From Perkinsus chesapeaki ATCC PRA-425 (lineage: Eukaryota > Protista > Perkinsozoa): a stretch of DNA of 64,000 nucleotides. The notes under the pieces were generated by a model that was given only the letters and a program-made list of their open reading frames with translations, did no database searches and was not told the origin of the DNA. Made by a program: the position numbers and the translations under genes. Shown here piece after piece: positions 22,701 through 34,498 of this stretch (positions within the stretch are counted from its first letter, which is position 1; every line of letters begins with the position of its first letter). The stretch spans positions 22,761-86,760 of the forward strand of contig JAAPAO010000086.1 of NCBI GenBank assembly GCA_013115145.1, written 5' to 3'.

Positions 22701-23175
22701 ATTGGCAGCCGTATGATTCTCGTGTTGTCAACTGACTTGAAGTTCCTCAAGCTATTGAAGGACTCCGTGTTGCATACGAAGGATGTCTTTTTGGGTTTAT
22801 GCCGCACGCCAATGGGTAAGCTGTATCACAGTCATGAGCTTCATCTACACCTCAGAATTTCTCCACGAAATAAATGATACTCGTAAGATCTACGACCTTC
22901 TGGTCCTCGACGTGGTCACTACCGGTATGCAAAAGGCGACTGCGTTACTCGAGGGCGTCCGCGGCACCTCGCGATACGAGCAGGTTGGCAGAGAGAATCA
23001 TGAGTTGCTCTCGAATTGCCTTTCATAGGTGCCCATAATCGCCCTGGTAAATGCCCGAAAAGAGTTTAGCTCCAATAGTGAAGAAGCGGCTCGTTCTAAG
23101 GACTCCGTGCCGTCCATCGTTGCTGACATATGTAAGGCCTCCAAGCGTGCCCTGGTAGCCCGACTCGTGCAATAG
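19732..23175 (+). CDS. Tandem cyclic-nucleotide-binding domain protein with C-terminal response-regulator receiver (CheY-like) domain
   Basis: CNBD1: IPVFRALGACDEDRLLEIAERLRLLCFPANTIAIDTKDPRPFLWVLSGG...HTFCLVLLREDYIELV. CNBD2: FQRGQTVVRQGCRLSKIYMIVSGACEV...RSAFTLRAA...ATLLELDVSLWHRL. REC-like exons 22680-23175: MILVLSTD...IYDLLVLDVVTTGM...VPIIALV...VADICK. Joined by frame-compatible phase-0 GT-AG junctions; start codon uncertain. Confidence 0.7.
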
Positions 23176-24044
23176 GTGCATATGCTATATTTAAACCACC
23201 TAATATCCGAGTCCTCCACGAAGCCGTCCTGTGGTGCTTAAGGCCTGTTGCCGATTGACTCCATTTTTTGGGATGTTAATCTTTGTTCTTCGAATTACCC
23301 TTTGGTGATTGCCGTACTGATGCTCTTGTTGTTGCGTCCCAAAGTTTGTATTCAAAACGGGGCCATTAGTGATGGCCCATGTCTAATAGTCCATGGCGTC
23401 ATTATTGGACTGCTGCTACGCAGTAAACTCTTCTGCGGAGCACCACTTGTTATGTGTAGAGTAAATGAGCGAAGTGCAGGGAGAGTATGTGCCTGCTAAG
23501 TTGTGCATTGTGTATTTTACGCGAATGCGCCCCTGAGCGAGCGAGGTCCCTGATGGGAATTCTTCCCCAATAGAAAGCTGTGAAGGTGCGCCTTTGCAAT
23601 AACTGAGGAGTTTGTGGTGTTTACTACGGGTTTACACACTGAGGCTCATCTCAGCTTGGAGAGTCGGAGGAAATCTGACTTTCATTTTTTCTTTATCGGG
23701 AAGAGCCTGGTTTGTGACACATAGTTGGCTGGGCCAACTTGGCTCTCTACGTAGATTGTAGTGAGCACGAGTCACTCACTGGGCCCGGCTTCGGTGTTGT
23801 CACTGGCAGCCTATAGGGAGATAATCCCAAACTTCAGAGGCTGTCTTGCCAAACAAGACATGCCGCCATCCGGCTGTCGGTCAACACCTTCGCCCTCTTC
23901 CCGCTCTCCCGAAAAGATAGCGATTTACCAATGACAAATCTCCAATCATTAACTCAGATGCCAGTCGGTTAATAGAAAATCGTTTAGTTCGGTCATGAGA
24001 GATAAGCGAGTATAATAAATATGAAAGGTAAATCAGAATTATTA

Positions 24045-25851
24045 TTAGAAAGTACTTGTCAAATCGCCCGTTGCCTCAACGGACTTGCGAAAATATTGAT
24101 GGGATGCCACTTTGGCCACGAGCTCTAAAGGATCACCCTTATTGAGGAGTACCTGATGCACTGTGGCCCAAAGCGGAGGCGGGGATCCCCTTAGCAATGG
24201 TATCTTACAAGCTCGCCACAGTCTTGACCGCAGAGCTGTCCATTGATAAGAAACTCTTTCCCCATCATCTGTTGATGCCACTCAATCATCATTTTCATAA
24301 CGGTAGTGGCAACTCCAAGACGATCCCCTATGGATACCAGTACCTAAGTCTGTGACTGATTGTGATGTCTGCAAGAATAGCCTACGCAGAGGCCCCAGCC
24401 GATGTCATCCACGACCACACGATGCTGAGGGTTTGGCGACACTCCCTAAAAGGCTGAGCATACTGTGTCAAGACGGACACAGCCTACCTCCGCAGTTTCG
24501 ATAACGGGTGTCCGGGCTATCGAATACGCCTTGTTTGTCCCGACCATTTTAGCCAATGTGCTCTTGTCCTCGATTTGATCACCATACTGCAACAGCAGCC
24601 TATCCCTCAACCTTAGCACTCCTAGGCAAGACTCTCGGCCTGATAACCGCCGTTGTATGGCTCCGCCTCTCCCCCTTGCCTGTAGCTTTGAAGTATGCTG
24701 TCTTTATATCCTGTAGCTCTTCATCGAGGGCCTCTAGAATCTGACCACTCAGCTCGTCCATTCCGCGGTATCTATCACGCCAATGCTTCTGAGGAGGTTT
24801 CTGCCAATTGCTCCCCTACAGCCACACTCGCGGCTTCGATTCTCCTCGCAAAGGCTTACCTGGCAGCCATTTCCTGAAGAGGCCCCAATACCTGAGGAGT
24901 AGAGCTACCGCGCAGTCGGCCGCTGGGGGACCCTCACGTAGCTGGATGAATGATCTGATTAGCCGGGTTGAAAACTATTGGGCAGAAGTCTTCCAGAGCC
25001 TCGATAGTAGGCCCCGAGCGATCTGCGATGCTGTCCACAAGCCATGGCGAAATGTAGTTTTGTCACCGTAAGAGCGGACAAGGAAAAGCGGCTGGAGGTT
25101 GACTGGAATCCATTGTGGAGGGAGATTGATGAGCGCGCACTCGATACCTGTCCAAGGCATCATCAACAAGCCTCTGTGGCATGTTACTAGATTTCGGGCC
25201 AACCACTTCGCACTCTCGACCAACACTGATAGTTCGACACAACCAAGGGATGTTACGGAGAGCGAAGAATCTGCGAACGCCACCGACAAGTGAAAAGCCG
25301 ATGTCACATCACTTGACATCTGGGCCGAAGACTCGCTGTGCTAAAACATGCACGAGGCCCTGGGCGAATATGGTACCGACGACTGTTCGGTCGATGTTAA
25401 CGAATGGCTTGATGGCTTCAAAAATCTGCAAACTTTTTGCCCCTGTGAAGTCGGTGGATGCTCCAACCTCTTTTGTGGCGTTCACTGGTCCTGTCCAGAG
25501 AACTAAGTCAGAATTTGGCAGCACCTCATTCGGATCCGATGAGACTTTATCGACCTTGCCTTCCTGGCAGGCTAAAAAGGCAAACTGAACCTGCGATATC
25601 TAGACTTAACGTACAGCCGTCTGGGAAGCGGACGACAGGAGTCGTGGTCCAAACCTCAGGCTTGGACGTGAGCAGTTGAACCCGGACCTGACGCACTCTA
25701 GAGAGACGTTCGATTCCCTTTGTCCCACTTGACCGCGAGTGTTGCCGTGGACTAGGGAGGCACAAATGTGGCCAGAGTTACCGCCGCCCACAATGGTGAT
25801 GACTCGATATTGAGGGGTAACGTGTTTAGCGATGGACGAGGCTCTTTCCAT
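24045..25851 (-). CDS. NAD(P)-dependent opine dehydrogenase (octopine/tauropine/alanopine dehydrogenase family)
   Basis: Rossmann motif VITIVGGGNSGH; SDLVLWTGP; RNIPWLCR; C-terminal VVDDIGWGLCVLVSIGDRLGVATTVMKMMIEWHQQMMGKEFLINGQLCGQD, typical of the octopine-DH C-terminal domain. Stop at 24045. Confidence 0.85.
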
Positions 25852-26137
25852 GGCGGAGGATGTATACTGCCGTCGCGGCCTCCAGAATGAATTAAGGCAA
25901 ACTAGATAACAAACGAAGATGGAGAAATGCACATGCTTTTTGGTTGGTTCTGTTGCCTTCATGAAACTGATTACTATTATCGAGTGGAAGTTAGTCTCCT
26001 TGATAGAAGAACTCAGCCAAGCTACTCGGAAAGGATTGACGGCTATTATTAGGACGCCGCCGACTCTCATGGTGAAGCAGAGTAGGAGAGGGATATCTGA
26101 ATGATTTATAAAGCTAGACGGCATAGAGTATCAAGGC

Positions 26138-28675
26138 TCACCGCTGGCCTCCATCCGGATTCCGGAATTCATTGAGGTGATCCAAGGGAGAAGCCGCCAC
26201 ACAAGGTTCGCCAGTTCCTCGAGGAGTTCGTCTTGCTTCACCTGATCGAGGTAGATACGATTCCAGAGAGTGGCAGTCCACCAGATTATCGAGTAGGTTT
26301 GAAACAGAAAGAACTACCAAACCTGCTTCCAATGTAGTCCAAGTGCATACTGAAACGAGCACATAAAAACGTGGTAATGAGCAAGTGCCGCGTTCACGCC
26401 CAGTGCACAGGTGAGAATAGTCTGCACAGTCGAGTTGGTATCAGCTTTAGCAGCGGTCATCCAGCGAAGGCCCTACCAGCAGGAGGGGAGGAGCTGGTCA
26501 GAGACACCGGCTCCAATTTCGGATTGGTACTGGATACCGGTAACGACACGCGCGAATTAGTGTTGTTGGCCAAAAACGGTGACCTTGCTTCAGATACCTC
26601 TCGTACGACCTGCATCACTTAGAACGAGCAATAACAGTTGAAGCATTTAGCAACAGGGTCTTCTACAAAGGCAGTGCGAGTCCATCCTCTTCGTGACTGC
26701 TGCTTCCTCAGATCTTTTCCGTTTCCTCGGCGGTGGTTGGGACTCACTGTCCTCAGCGTCGAGATCAATGCATTCAACTTGAACCGGCTTGATGAGCGTC
26801 TTGCTCTCTCTTTGTCGATGTTCGCTAGCTTTAAACATGACCTCCAAGGAACTCACTCGATGAACTGGTTGCCGACTGGCTGAGGAACTGCTAATTGACG
26901 AGCGTCGGCTTTTTGCAGCAGGCTGCTGCTTCTGAAGAGGTTATAATGAAGCAACCTCAGGGAGCCTGCCGTAACCCCACCTGCGTCCACTTTCCACAGC
27001 GGACATGCGCAGCCCGTACTGGTGGCAAAGGTCGATGGCGGAAGGGCATCTTGGTCTCTGGGTGAAGAAGGCCATCGGCTACTTGCTCGGCTTCTGGATT
27101 CGAATATAGTCTGAACGGGCAGTTTTGCCGCCCGAGCCATCGACTCCGCGATGTTCATACCTTCCCCAGAACTGGCGAGTTTCGGTTGGATAATGGATAG
27201 TGTCGTCGAGATCTAGAAGGGGCCGAAGTTTGCGGGTTAGCGGGCACCACACAGTTTGGTGGCGAAATGTAAGGATAGCTCGCTCGAACATATCAGCGTA
27301 TCCTTCTGGGAACTCGAAGCCGGCGATCTGTGCGAGGTTCATTATACGGCTGATGTTCGGACCGCCACGCAGTACGAAGCCATACGCCTGAAGAGGGCGA
27401 ACGTTCGGCGTGGGTGGAGATGTCGTAGTTGGAAATGTAAATCCGCCGCCCGCGGTAGCTGTGAAGTCGCAGCGAAAGGCTTGTCTAGCCCAACCGGGAG
27501 AGCAGCAGGAGAACCGAAGCACCTTCTTCGGCCCCATGCCCGTCACAGAAGGGAGGTAGTCACAGCCGGCAAGGACGCAGTAGTGCAGGAAGGAATCTGT
27601 GTTAATAGATGATCTGCTCGATGGCTACGGACGTACCTCGACTGAATCTGCAGACACCATCACCGACGTCATCGTTGGACGAAGCTTGGCTGTTTGGTGC
27701 TCCCTCCGGCAGCATTCGGCTCGGCAATGCTATCGAGACACCCGAGCGGCATCCAGGGCGTGCACCTGAGTAGGACAGGCAGGGAGGGAAAGGAGAAGAA
27801 GGCTCACGGCCAGCGGACACAAGCAAGTCTAGTTTGTAGACAACATGAGGACAACCGAATGGCAGAAGGTCAGAATCTTCGGAAATAACAGCATCAACGA
27901 GCCTGAGCAGTGGGAGCATATTTTTGGACGTCGCAGCGGTTCCTGGGAGGGGATCGCTCACCCATTCAAGGCCAGATACGCGAGCTGGGCATCGGCCTCG
28001 TAAGGGGCGACGATCCACCGGACTCTAGGGCCGAAATCTCGACCTGCGGCAAGACGGTCCTTGGAAATAGTGAGATGCTCAGGCGACTTCTGATTAGAGC
28101 AATGAGGTCGGCAGCCATCTCTGGCGAGACATCCGCTGCACGCGTGAACATCTTCCTTGCAGCACCGTAGTTACCAGCTTTACGATACTCCAAACCAAGC
28201 TCCCGTGCCTAAACGAGGAACAGCAACGTGTTTGCTTCGATGGATATGTCACGACCGAGCGGAAGACTTAAAGAGAAGTAGATGGAAAAGAGTAGAATGG
28301 TGGAGTTAGACAGGAGTGGGCAGCACTTCTTGCCGTCGCCTTCTACGGTCATCTTCCACTCCTAGCTTCGCAGGAAGTGGGCTCCCGTCAAATACCAGAA
28401 TAACTTCAGCTACACCAGAGGCAAGGAGGGCCTCAAGTCGGCGTACACAGTAATTGAGGTGGAGGCTTGTAGCCTTTCCTGCTCCATAAATGACGATGAT
28501 TGGAGCACTGGCTCCTACCGGTGACAACGTCCATGGCCGCATTGCCCGCCTGCAGGCCTCTGTGTAGCCAGACGTACGTGTCCACTGCAACACGCTTGTC
28601 TCGATAATCAGATAGATCCTGAGAGATGGGCCGTTGCAGCTGCTCGAGAGTTTTAAGAAGGCCGTTGATTCCCAT
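26138..28675 (-). CDS. EXO1: Exonuclease 1 (XPG/Rad2 family)
   Basis: MGINGLL...VAVDTYVWLHRG; ILVFDGSPLPAK; ISEDSDLLPFGC; GMGPKK helix-turn-helix; FERAILTFRHQTVWCP. Confidence 0.92.
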
Positions 28676-29699
28676 AAAGCATGTAAGGCATTAATTGACT
28701 TCATTCGTACACAAAGCGACAGTTGTTGCATCGACAGACGGACTGTGTTTATTGGGATACTCACTGGTCGACGATCGATTGACCGTTGAAAGCAGTCGGG
28801 CAGCACATATCGCATAGGCAACAAAAGCTACTACTAATGACACTACAAAAGCAGCAACAACAATAAAGGGGCATCACGGGTTTCGTATTGTGGCAGTTGT
28901 AATAAGAATAACCATTCGGGGATATATGGTAGTTCTTGAATGAACGAAGAAGAAGAATAAGAACAAGAAAACGCAATCTCTATAGTAGCTTAGCATCAAT
29001 AAGCAAAGTAGTTATGGCTCTAAATAAGACGACCACACAGTGGAATCGCAGCGCTGCTGCTGCTGCTGCATCATCATCATCCTTGCTTAATCACGTTTGG
29101 CATATGACAATAGTAGTGGGAAGAGGTAGCAGCGACAGTGGGTAAGGATTAACTGAGGTTGAAACTCAGCTATGGCCAACAAGCATCATCATCATTCATC
29201 AGCCATAATCATCTTACTGTTTTCATATTATCATGTAGCAGGAGGAGGAAGACGACGACGACGTAAGACACATAGATAAAAGAAGACAGCAATGGTCACA
29301 AAATGGTATTATCATCACCATATCTGGGACGCCGCCGCCGCGCAGTACTAGTAGCCGGGACCGCCGAAGTACACATTATAGAAAACAACAGAAATAAAGA
29401 TTCTTCTTGTTTTGGCTGTTGTTGGTAGGAAAACACTTCATGAAGCATCGAACGGTTAGCTCGTTCAATACCGCACGTTTGTTAAACTAGTACCAGACCA
29501 AGGTAGACAAAAGTATTAATGCAAAAAAGAGTTCTAAGATGATGGCAACGTCTGATAAGATTCATGATCACATGATGAGCCTATCAAACACTATCCGTAT
29601 ACGATAATACCACTGACAGGGGATGAGGATAAGAATAGAATGTCCTCGAACTGTAGGGTAAGAGGAGGGAAATGAAAAATGTTACAGGAACGATAATAC

Positions 29700-32600
29700 G
29701 ATGGTTCTGGTTCGGCATACTGTTACACGATTGAGGATGACGATACGGAGGAGAAGGAGGACGCCTCTTGACGGGTGGGAGAGCAGCAGCCTGAGAAGAT
29801 AAGGCGATCGCTGAAGGAGGGAAACAAGCAAAGCTAGTTACCTTATGCGGGCTCTAGGCGCTGGGCTGCACAATCCCTACAGGTAGTGGCGGCTATGGTG
29901 GTGGTGGGGTAAGTTATTAAGGTAATCCGATTTTTCTGCTTATTTATTTCTATTACTATATGAATTACAGCGAACTGACTACTACCATCAGTAGCAGAGA
30001 ACCGAGCGCGTAGTAGCAAACCGCAGTAACATAGTGTGTGGCGGCGGCTGATAAGACTACTGTCGCCATAGCACAGGAGCTGTAGTAAAGATACAGTAAC
30101 CACTATAGAGGCTACAGTACTAGTAATAATGATAATCACTAACTGCTGCTGCTGCTGCTGTTTGGATGATGATGATGCTGATGCAGTTTAAGGTGAAATA
30201 ACGGAGCATCGATGTCTATTAAGAATTATTATGATAGCTAGCATTCCAGCAGTAACCATCAGTCGACGATGGGGGATTCCACGGGGCAGCGGCTGACTCA
30301 TGGTAGGAGTGATGATACTGCTTCTGCTGCTGCTGCTGAGCACGGTCTCTTATTTGATGATACTCTCGCGGAGCTGCTGCTGCTGCCTCGGCAGAGAGGT
30401 ACGACCTGACAAATAGCAGAGCAGTACTGCGGCTGGAATATGGAACAAGCCACAAGACTACTCATCATCGTCGTTCATGGATACTCCAAGTTGAGCATGA
30501 ACACCAGAGGCACACCACTCGAAAGGCACCTGAATCGGATGGCATACCGAGCTGAGACAATTAACAACAGCAACAACTCACCCGACGGTCACCGGTATTG
30601 ATTCTCCAGTTGATAGTATTCATCGCATCAACTGCCTCATCCATCAAGTTGAAGGACACCACCCCCAACCTATGCCAAACATATTGACATACAGAATAGA
30701 AAGTAGACCTACTGGAGAGTTGGCACAGTACGTACCGACTTCAAGCGACCGAATTCCGAGAACACTGCGTAGAGCTCGTGATCCGTGGTGGCAGTGGGAA
30801 TCTGGCAATCGTAATACACCACACCGTCAGCGATGACCTACCCCAGTAACAATAAGGTCAGCGATACTAGCGGCGGGATCTGCGGGAAATTTACCGGTAT
30901 CGCTGGGGGCAGCCTAAGAGTGACACATTCTCAAGATCTGGATAGTTTGATCTTCTTTGCTACACTCTGCTGCCTGCTGTAGGCAGCTTTATTCAGGAAG
31001 GCATAAGGCTCCGGAGGGCTGTCGGCCATGGGACGGACAGATAGGCAACGACCACTACCTAAGTCAAGCAGCAGCAGAGAATGTGGGTATGGAACAAATG
31101 CTAACCTACTTCCGAAAGCGAAATTATCACAAGTCAATCGAGCACGCTCGGCATCTTGGGCAGAGTCGTACACCACAACGGCACACCCTTGCGGGAAAGA
31201 CACAAGCCTCACCTGATGACCAACCGTGAAGTGCTGCCCGTACCGACACAATGCACCTACATCACGCATCGGACCAAACATCTTGAACATTTCGACGACA
31301 TCCTGAAGAGCAAAGCTTGCAGGGAGACCAGAAATCAACAACGTTCTCGAGGGACCTGTCAGCAACAGCAGCATCGTCACCGCGCCACGAAATTCCCCAC
31401 CCTACCGTCCTCTGCCGAACCCGACTCGATGACATCCTCCAGGGGCCGGTGACGAGTTTGTTGCTGAGCCAAGTGATTGTATAGAGCATGAGTCTGAGCG
31501 AAGGACGGCGGCGGCGGCGGCGGTTGAACAATAATCAACGACTAAGTTCGACAAACCTCCTCATTTCGGCCTCCCTCTCGGGCAGTTGGCACGACTGCAC
31601 TTGCCGCGGCCCCTGTCATTCCCTTGGTGAAATTATAAGTCATATCCTATTGCAAGAGATATTAGTAATAGCAATAATGCTGGTATATTGTGTACATTGT
31701 CCATAGGAACCGAGAGTTGAGGTCCATTGGTGCCACGAGCCGAGATGGCCTGCTGCTGCTGCTGTCTGGCAGCAGTTGCTGTGGCCGCTGCCGTTGCAGC
31801 AGCTATTATCGATGCAAGGTTCTGAGTAAAAGAAAATGGAAGGTGAGCATATTGTATAGACACGTAATTAACAAGGTGATGCCCATAATGAAATCCTTCC
31901 CTTTCAATGGTATAGCATCCTGCTGCTGCTAACATTCAGCACTGTGCCTTCGTTCGTACAACTAGCTTGAGTGGTAACATATGAACTATTAGTGGACGGA
32001 GGAGGATGATCTACGTAGTGCTGCAAGCCAGGTGGAATATTCAACGCCCAAGAAATCGAGATCATCCCGAAGACGGGCATGATGATAATGTGAACTTTAA
32101 TTTCCCTTGTATGTACGATTGATGTACGTATTTTTATTCGTAAAAATGAACAACCTATCCTGCCAGAAAGACGGTTTGGTTCACACTGCATAGGCGGACT
32201 ACTGCCAAATGAGGAATGGCGGCATCGCGGCGGCGGCGAAGGAAGCCTTCCCATGGGTACCGCTTCCTCTATTCCACCAGAGCTCTTCATAGCTGCTACC
32301 GTAGCAGCAGCAACAGCAGCACTGATGGATGCCAAAGAAGCGTCATTCTTGCGAGGGGATTGAGATGCCGTTGTCGATGCCACAGGACCTAACAGTACCG
32401 TCGATAACAGCAGCAGCAGCTCACAGCGCTAGGCTTAGGTACTAGGTAGCCCGGCAGCAGCTGCTGCTGCACCGCTGCTCTTAACTCCACCGTCCACAGA
32501 GCGCGAGATGAAATCTTTGCTGGACGCTTCTTCTTCTTTACCGGCTCCAGCACTCCGGAACTTGGCTGAAGGATGCGGCGGTGCAACTGTTAGAATATAA

Positions 32601-33722
32601 CCGAGCGAACAAGTGAAAGAGGACTTACCTTGTGGTTTGGGCCAGTCCAGTCTTAAGACCACATCACGGCCACGAATGGTGGCTGGGCTGCCGCTGCTGT
32701 ACATTTTCATGAACTCTTGCTACAAAACAGGGCATCGGAAATAACATGGTAAATGACTTACCGCTTGTTCAGGGGTTATGAACTCCACGAAGGCAGCCCC
32801 ATCAGAATTGCCGTTCTTCCTCACAATCTTAACATCACATACAACATCGCCTTGAACCGGCCTAGGGCAACAACAAGTCCACATGGCGGCGGGGGGGGGA
32901 GGTGCAGCACAAGCTTACTGTATTAGTGATAGTAGGTCATGCTCATCGACTTCCTTAGGAAGACCTCCGACGAAGACCTGAAGACAGTGAATCTTACAAC
33001 CAGCAGAAGCAGCAGCTTGGCGCTTTACCCTCTTCTTTGGGGGAATGCCCAAGCCTGCGTCCTTGCCATCAGAGTGCTGCTGCTCATATTGCTGCTGCTG
33101 CTGGCTTTCATAATACATTGGAGGGGTGAAATGATGCGGCGAGGTAGCAAATTGGACCTGGTCAAAAGAAGATATCGAGCTGACAAATAAAGAGGCTGAC
33201 AGAGGGAGTGCATTCCCTCCGAACCCTAGTGACATATTTTATATCAAACTGCTGCCAACTATATCTTCGCACTAAGAGCATTTCCGAGCAGGCCGATTAT
33301 CGGCCTTGCGAATTAATTGCCTCCTTCTACCTGCAATGGCCTCTTCATTGAGCCGAGCCAGTAATGGTTATGGAGGCCTCTAATACAGGCCTCGCATTCA
33401 GTAACACTTGCATAGCGGAGCCAAGCGCATCCTCTTGAACGTCCAAGCTTATCACGCTGAACCTGTTCGCCATCAGCCACTGCACTGCCTCCACGGTGCA
33501 ATGAGTATATTACCGATAGCTCCTTAATAGTGCCAAATTTGGCAAATAAAGGGTAGAGCTCTTGCTCAGTCATGAAGTAAGGGAGAGCCCCAACGAAGAG
33601 CTACAAATAAGAAGAACCGTGTCCTTCTTAAAGCGACTATTCTTATTGCTTACTTTGCAATCATTGTTAACTCCCGTAGACGTAGTAGCAGTGGTGGTGG
33701 TCGTTGCTTGTCCATTGCTCAT
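29700..33722 (-). CDS. Multi-RRM (at least 4) RNA-binding protein, CELF/Bruno-like N-terminus, with Q/A/H-rich low-complexity linkers (3' end uncertain)
   Basis: ATG at 33722: MSNGQATTTTT..CK|LFVGALPYFMTEQELYPLFAKFG..SRGCAWLRY. RRM2: VFVGGLPKEVDEHDL..GAAFVEF. RRM3: TLLISGLPASF..GCAVVVY. RRM4: QIPTATTDHELYAVFSEFG..GLGVVSF (about 30560-30830). Could be split into two genes. Confidence 0.72.
30143..30176. repeat. (CTG)6 + (GAT)4 microsatellite within a trinucleotide-rich block
   Basis: Read directly: ctgctgctgctgctgctg ttgg gatgatgatgat (approximately). Many shorter CAG/CTG/TCA/GAA runs occur between 28.8 and 33.2 kb. Confidence 0.85.
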
Positions 33723-34498
33723 CGACAAAGTAGGCGGAGGAAGCGCCTACCCGATAGAATAGGGAAACTAGGGTACTGTTCCCTTAGTACTGCTTCAAGA
33801 TTGATAGTTTTCAAACTCGGATCATCTGCTAAATTGACTATCGCCTTTCCAACTGGACGGCTCGTACCTACTAATACGGTAATACTGTGTTGCCTGAAGC
33901 TCCGGGGCTTGAAGAAGCCACTAGTCGTCATGACATTGGCGAAATACGCAGAGAAGGTGACAATGGACCTCCTCCATTGTAACTGTTTTTTCGGAATTTT
34001 AAAATTCATATTTCTCCCCAGCCCGATCGGATATCATCGTACACCGCTAGAAAGTCACCCTCAAGAGCTTTCGAACGTCGCACGTGTCGTCGGAGTATTC
34101 GCCCTCATGTGATGAAAGTTGCCAGAAGGCACATTCTGTGGGTCACCCTCTAATACCTATTAGTCTCATACTTTTTACGTAGAGCGAGATGATACTGCTA
34201 TTCCAGCTCCCACTCACTTTTGTCTGGAACATTGGCATAACCGTCGCCTGCCACCTTATCAACAGAACCGGTGGCAGAACGATCGTTGGCAAGATCGCCG
34301 ACACCTTTGGTAGTAACAGCCTCGTGGAGAGACTCACAACTTTCAATGGGCATACTAATAATAATAGGCCCAAATCTGACCAAGTTAAAAAGCTATTAAA
34401 AACGGACTTAAAAGCAAGGCAGCGTATCCAGAAACGATATAACGCTGGTCATGAAACCTCGTATGAAGTTGCTAATTGGCAGCAGCAGTAGTAAGATG

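Noticed and set aside
22998-23219. Minus-strand ORF MEDSDIRWFK...
   Set aside because: Antisense to the receiver-domain exons, which have proper splice sites and motif support on the plus strand.
23200-24040. 870-nt spacer between convergent genes, considered for ncRNA or a gene remnant
   Set aside because: No recognisable snRNA, snoRNA or tRNA motif and no consistent reading frame.
34143-34491. Overlapping short ORFs on both strands between the RRM gene and the ABC1 kinase
   Set aside because: No homology motifs or splice-supported structure; likely UTR or intergenic.
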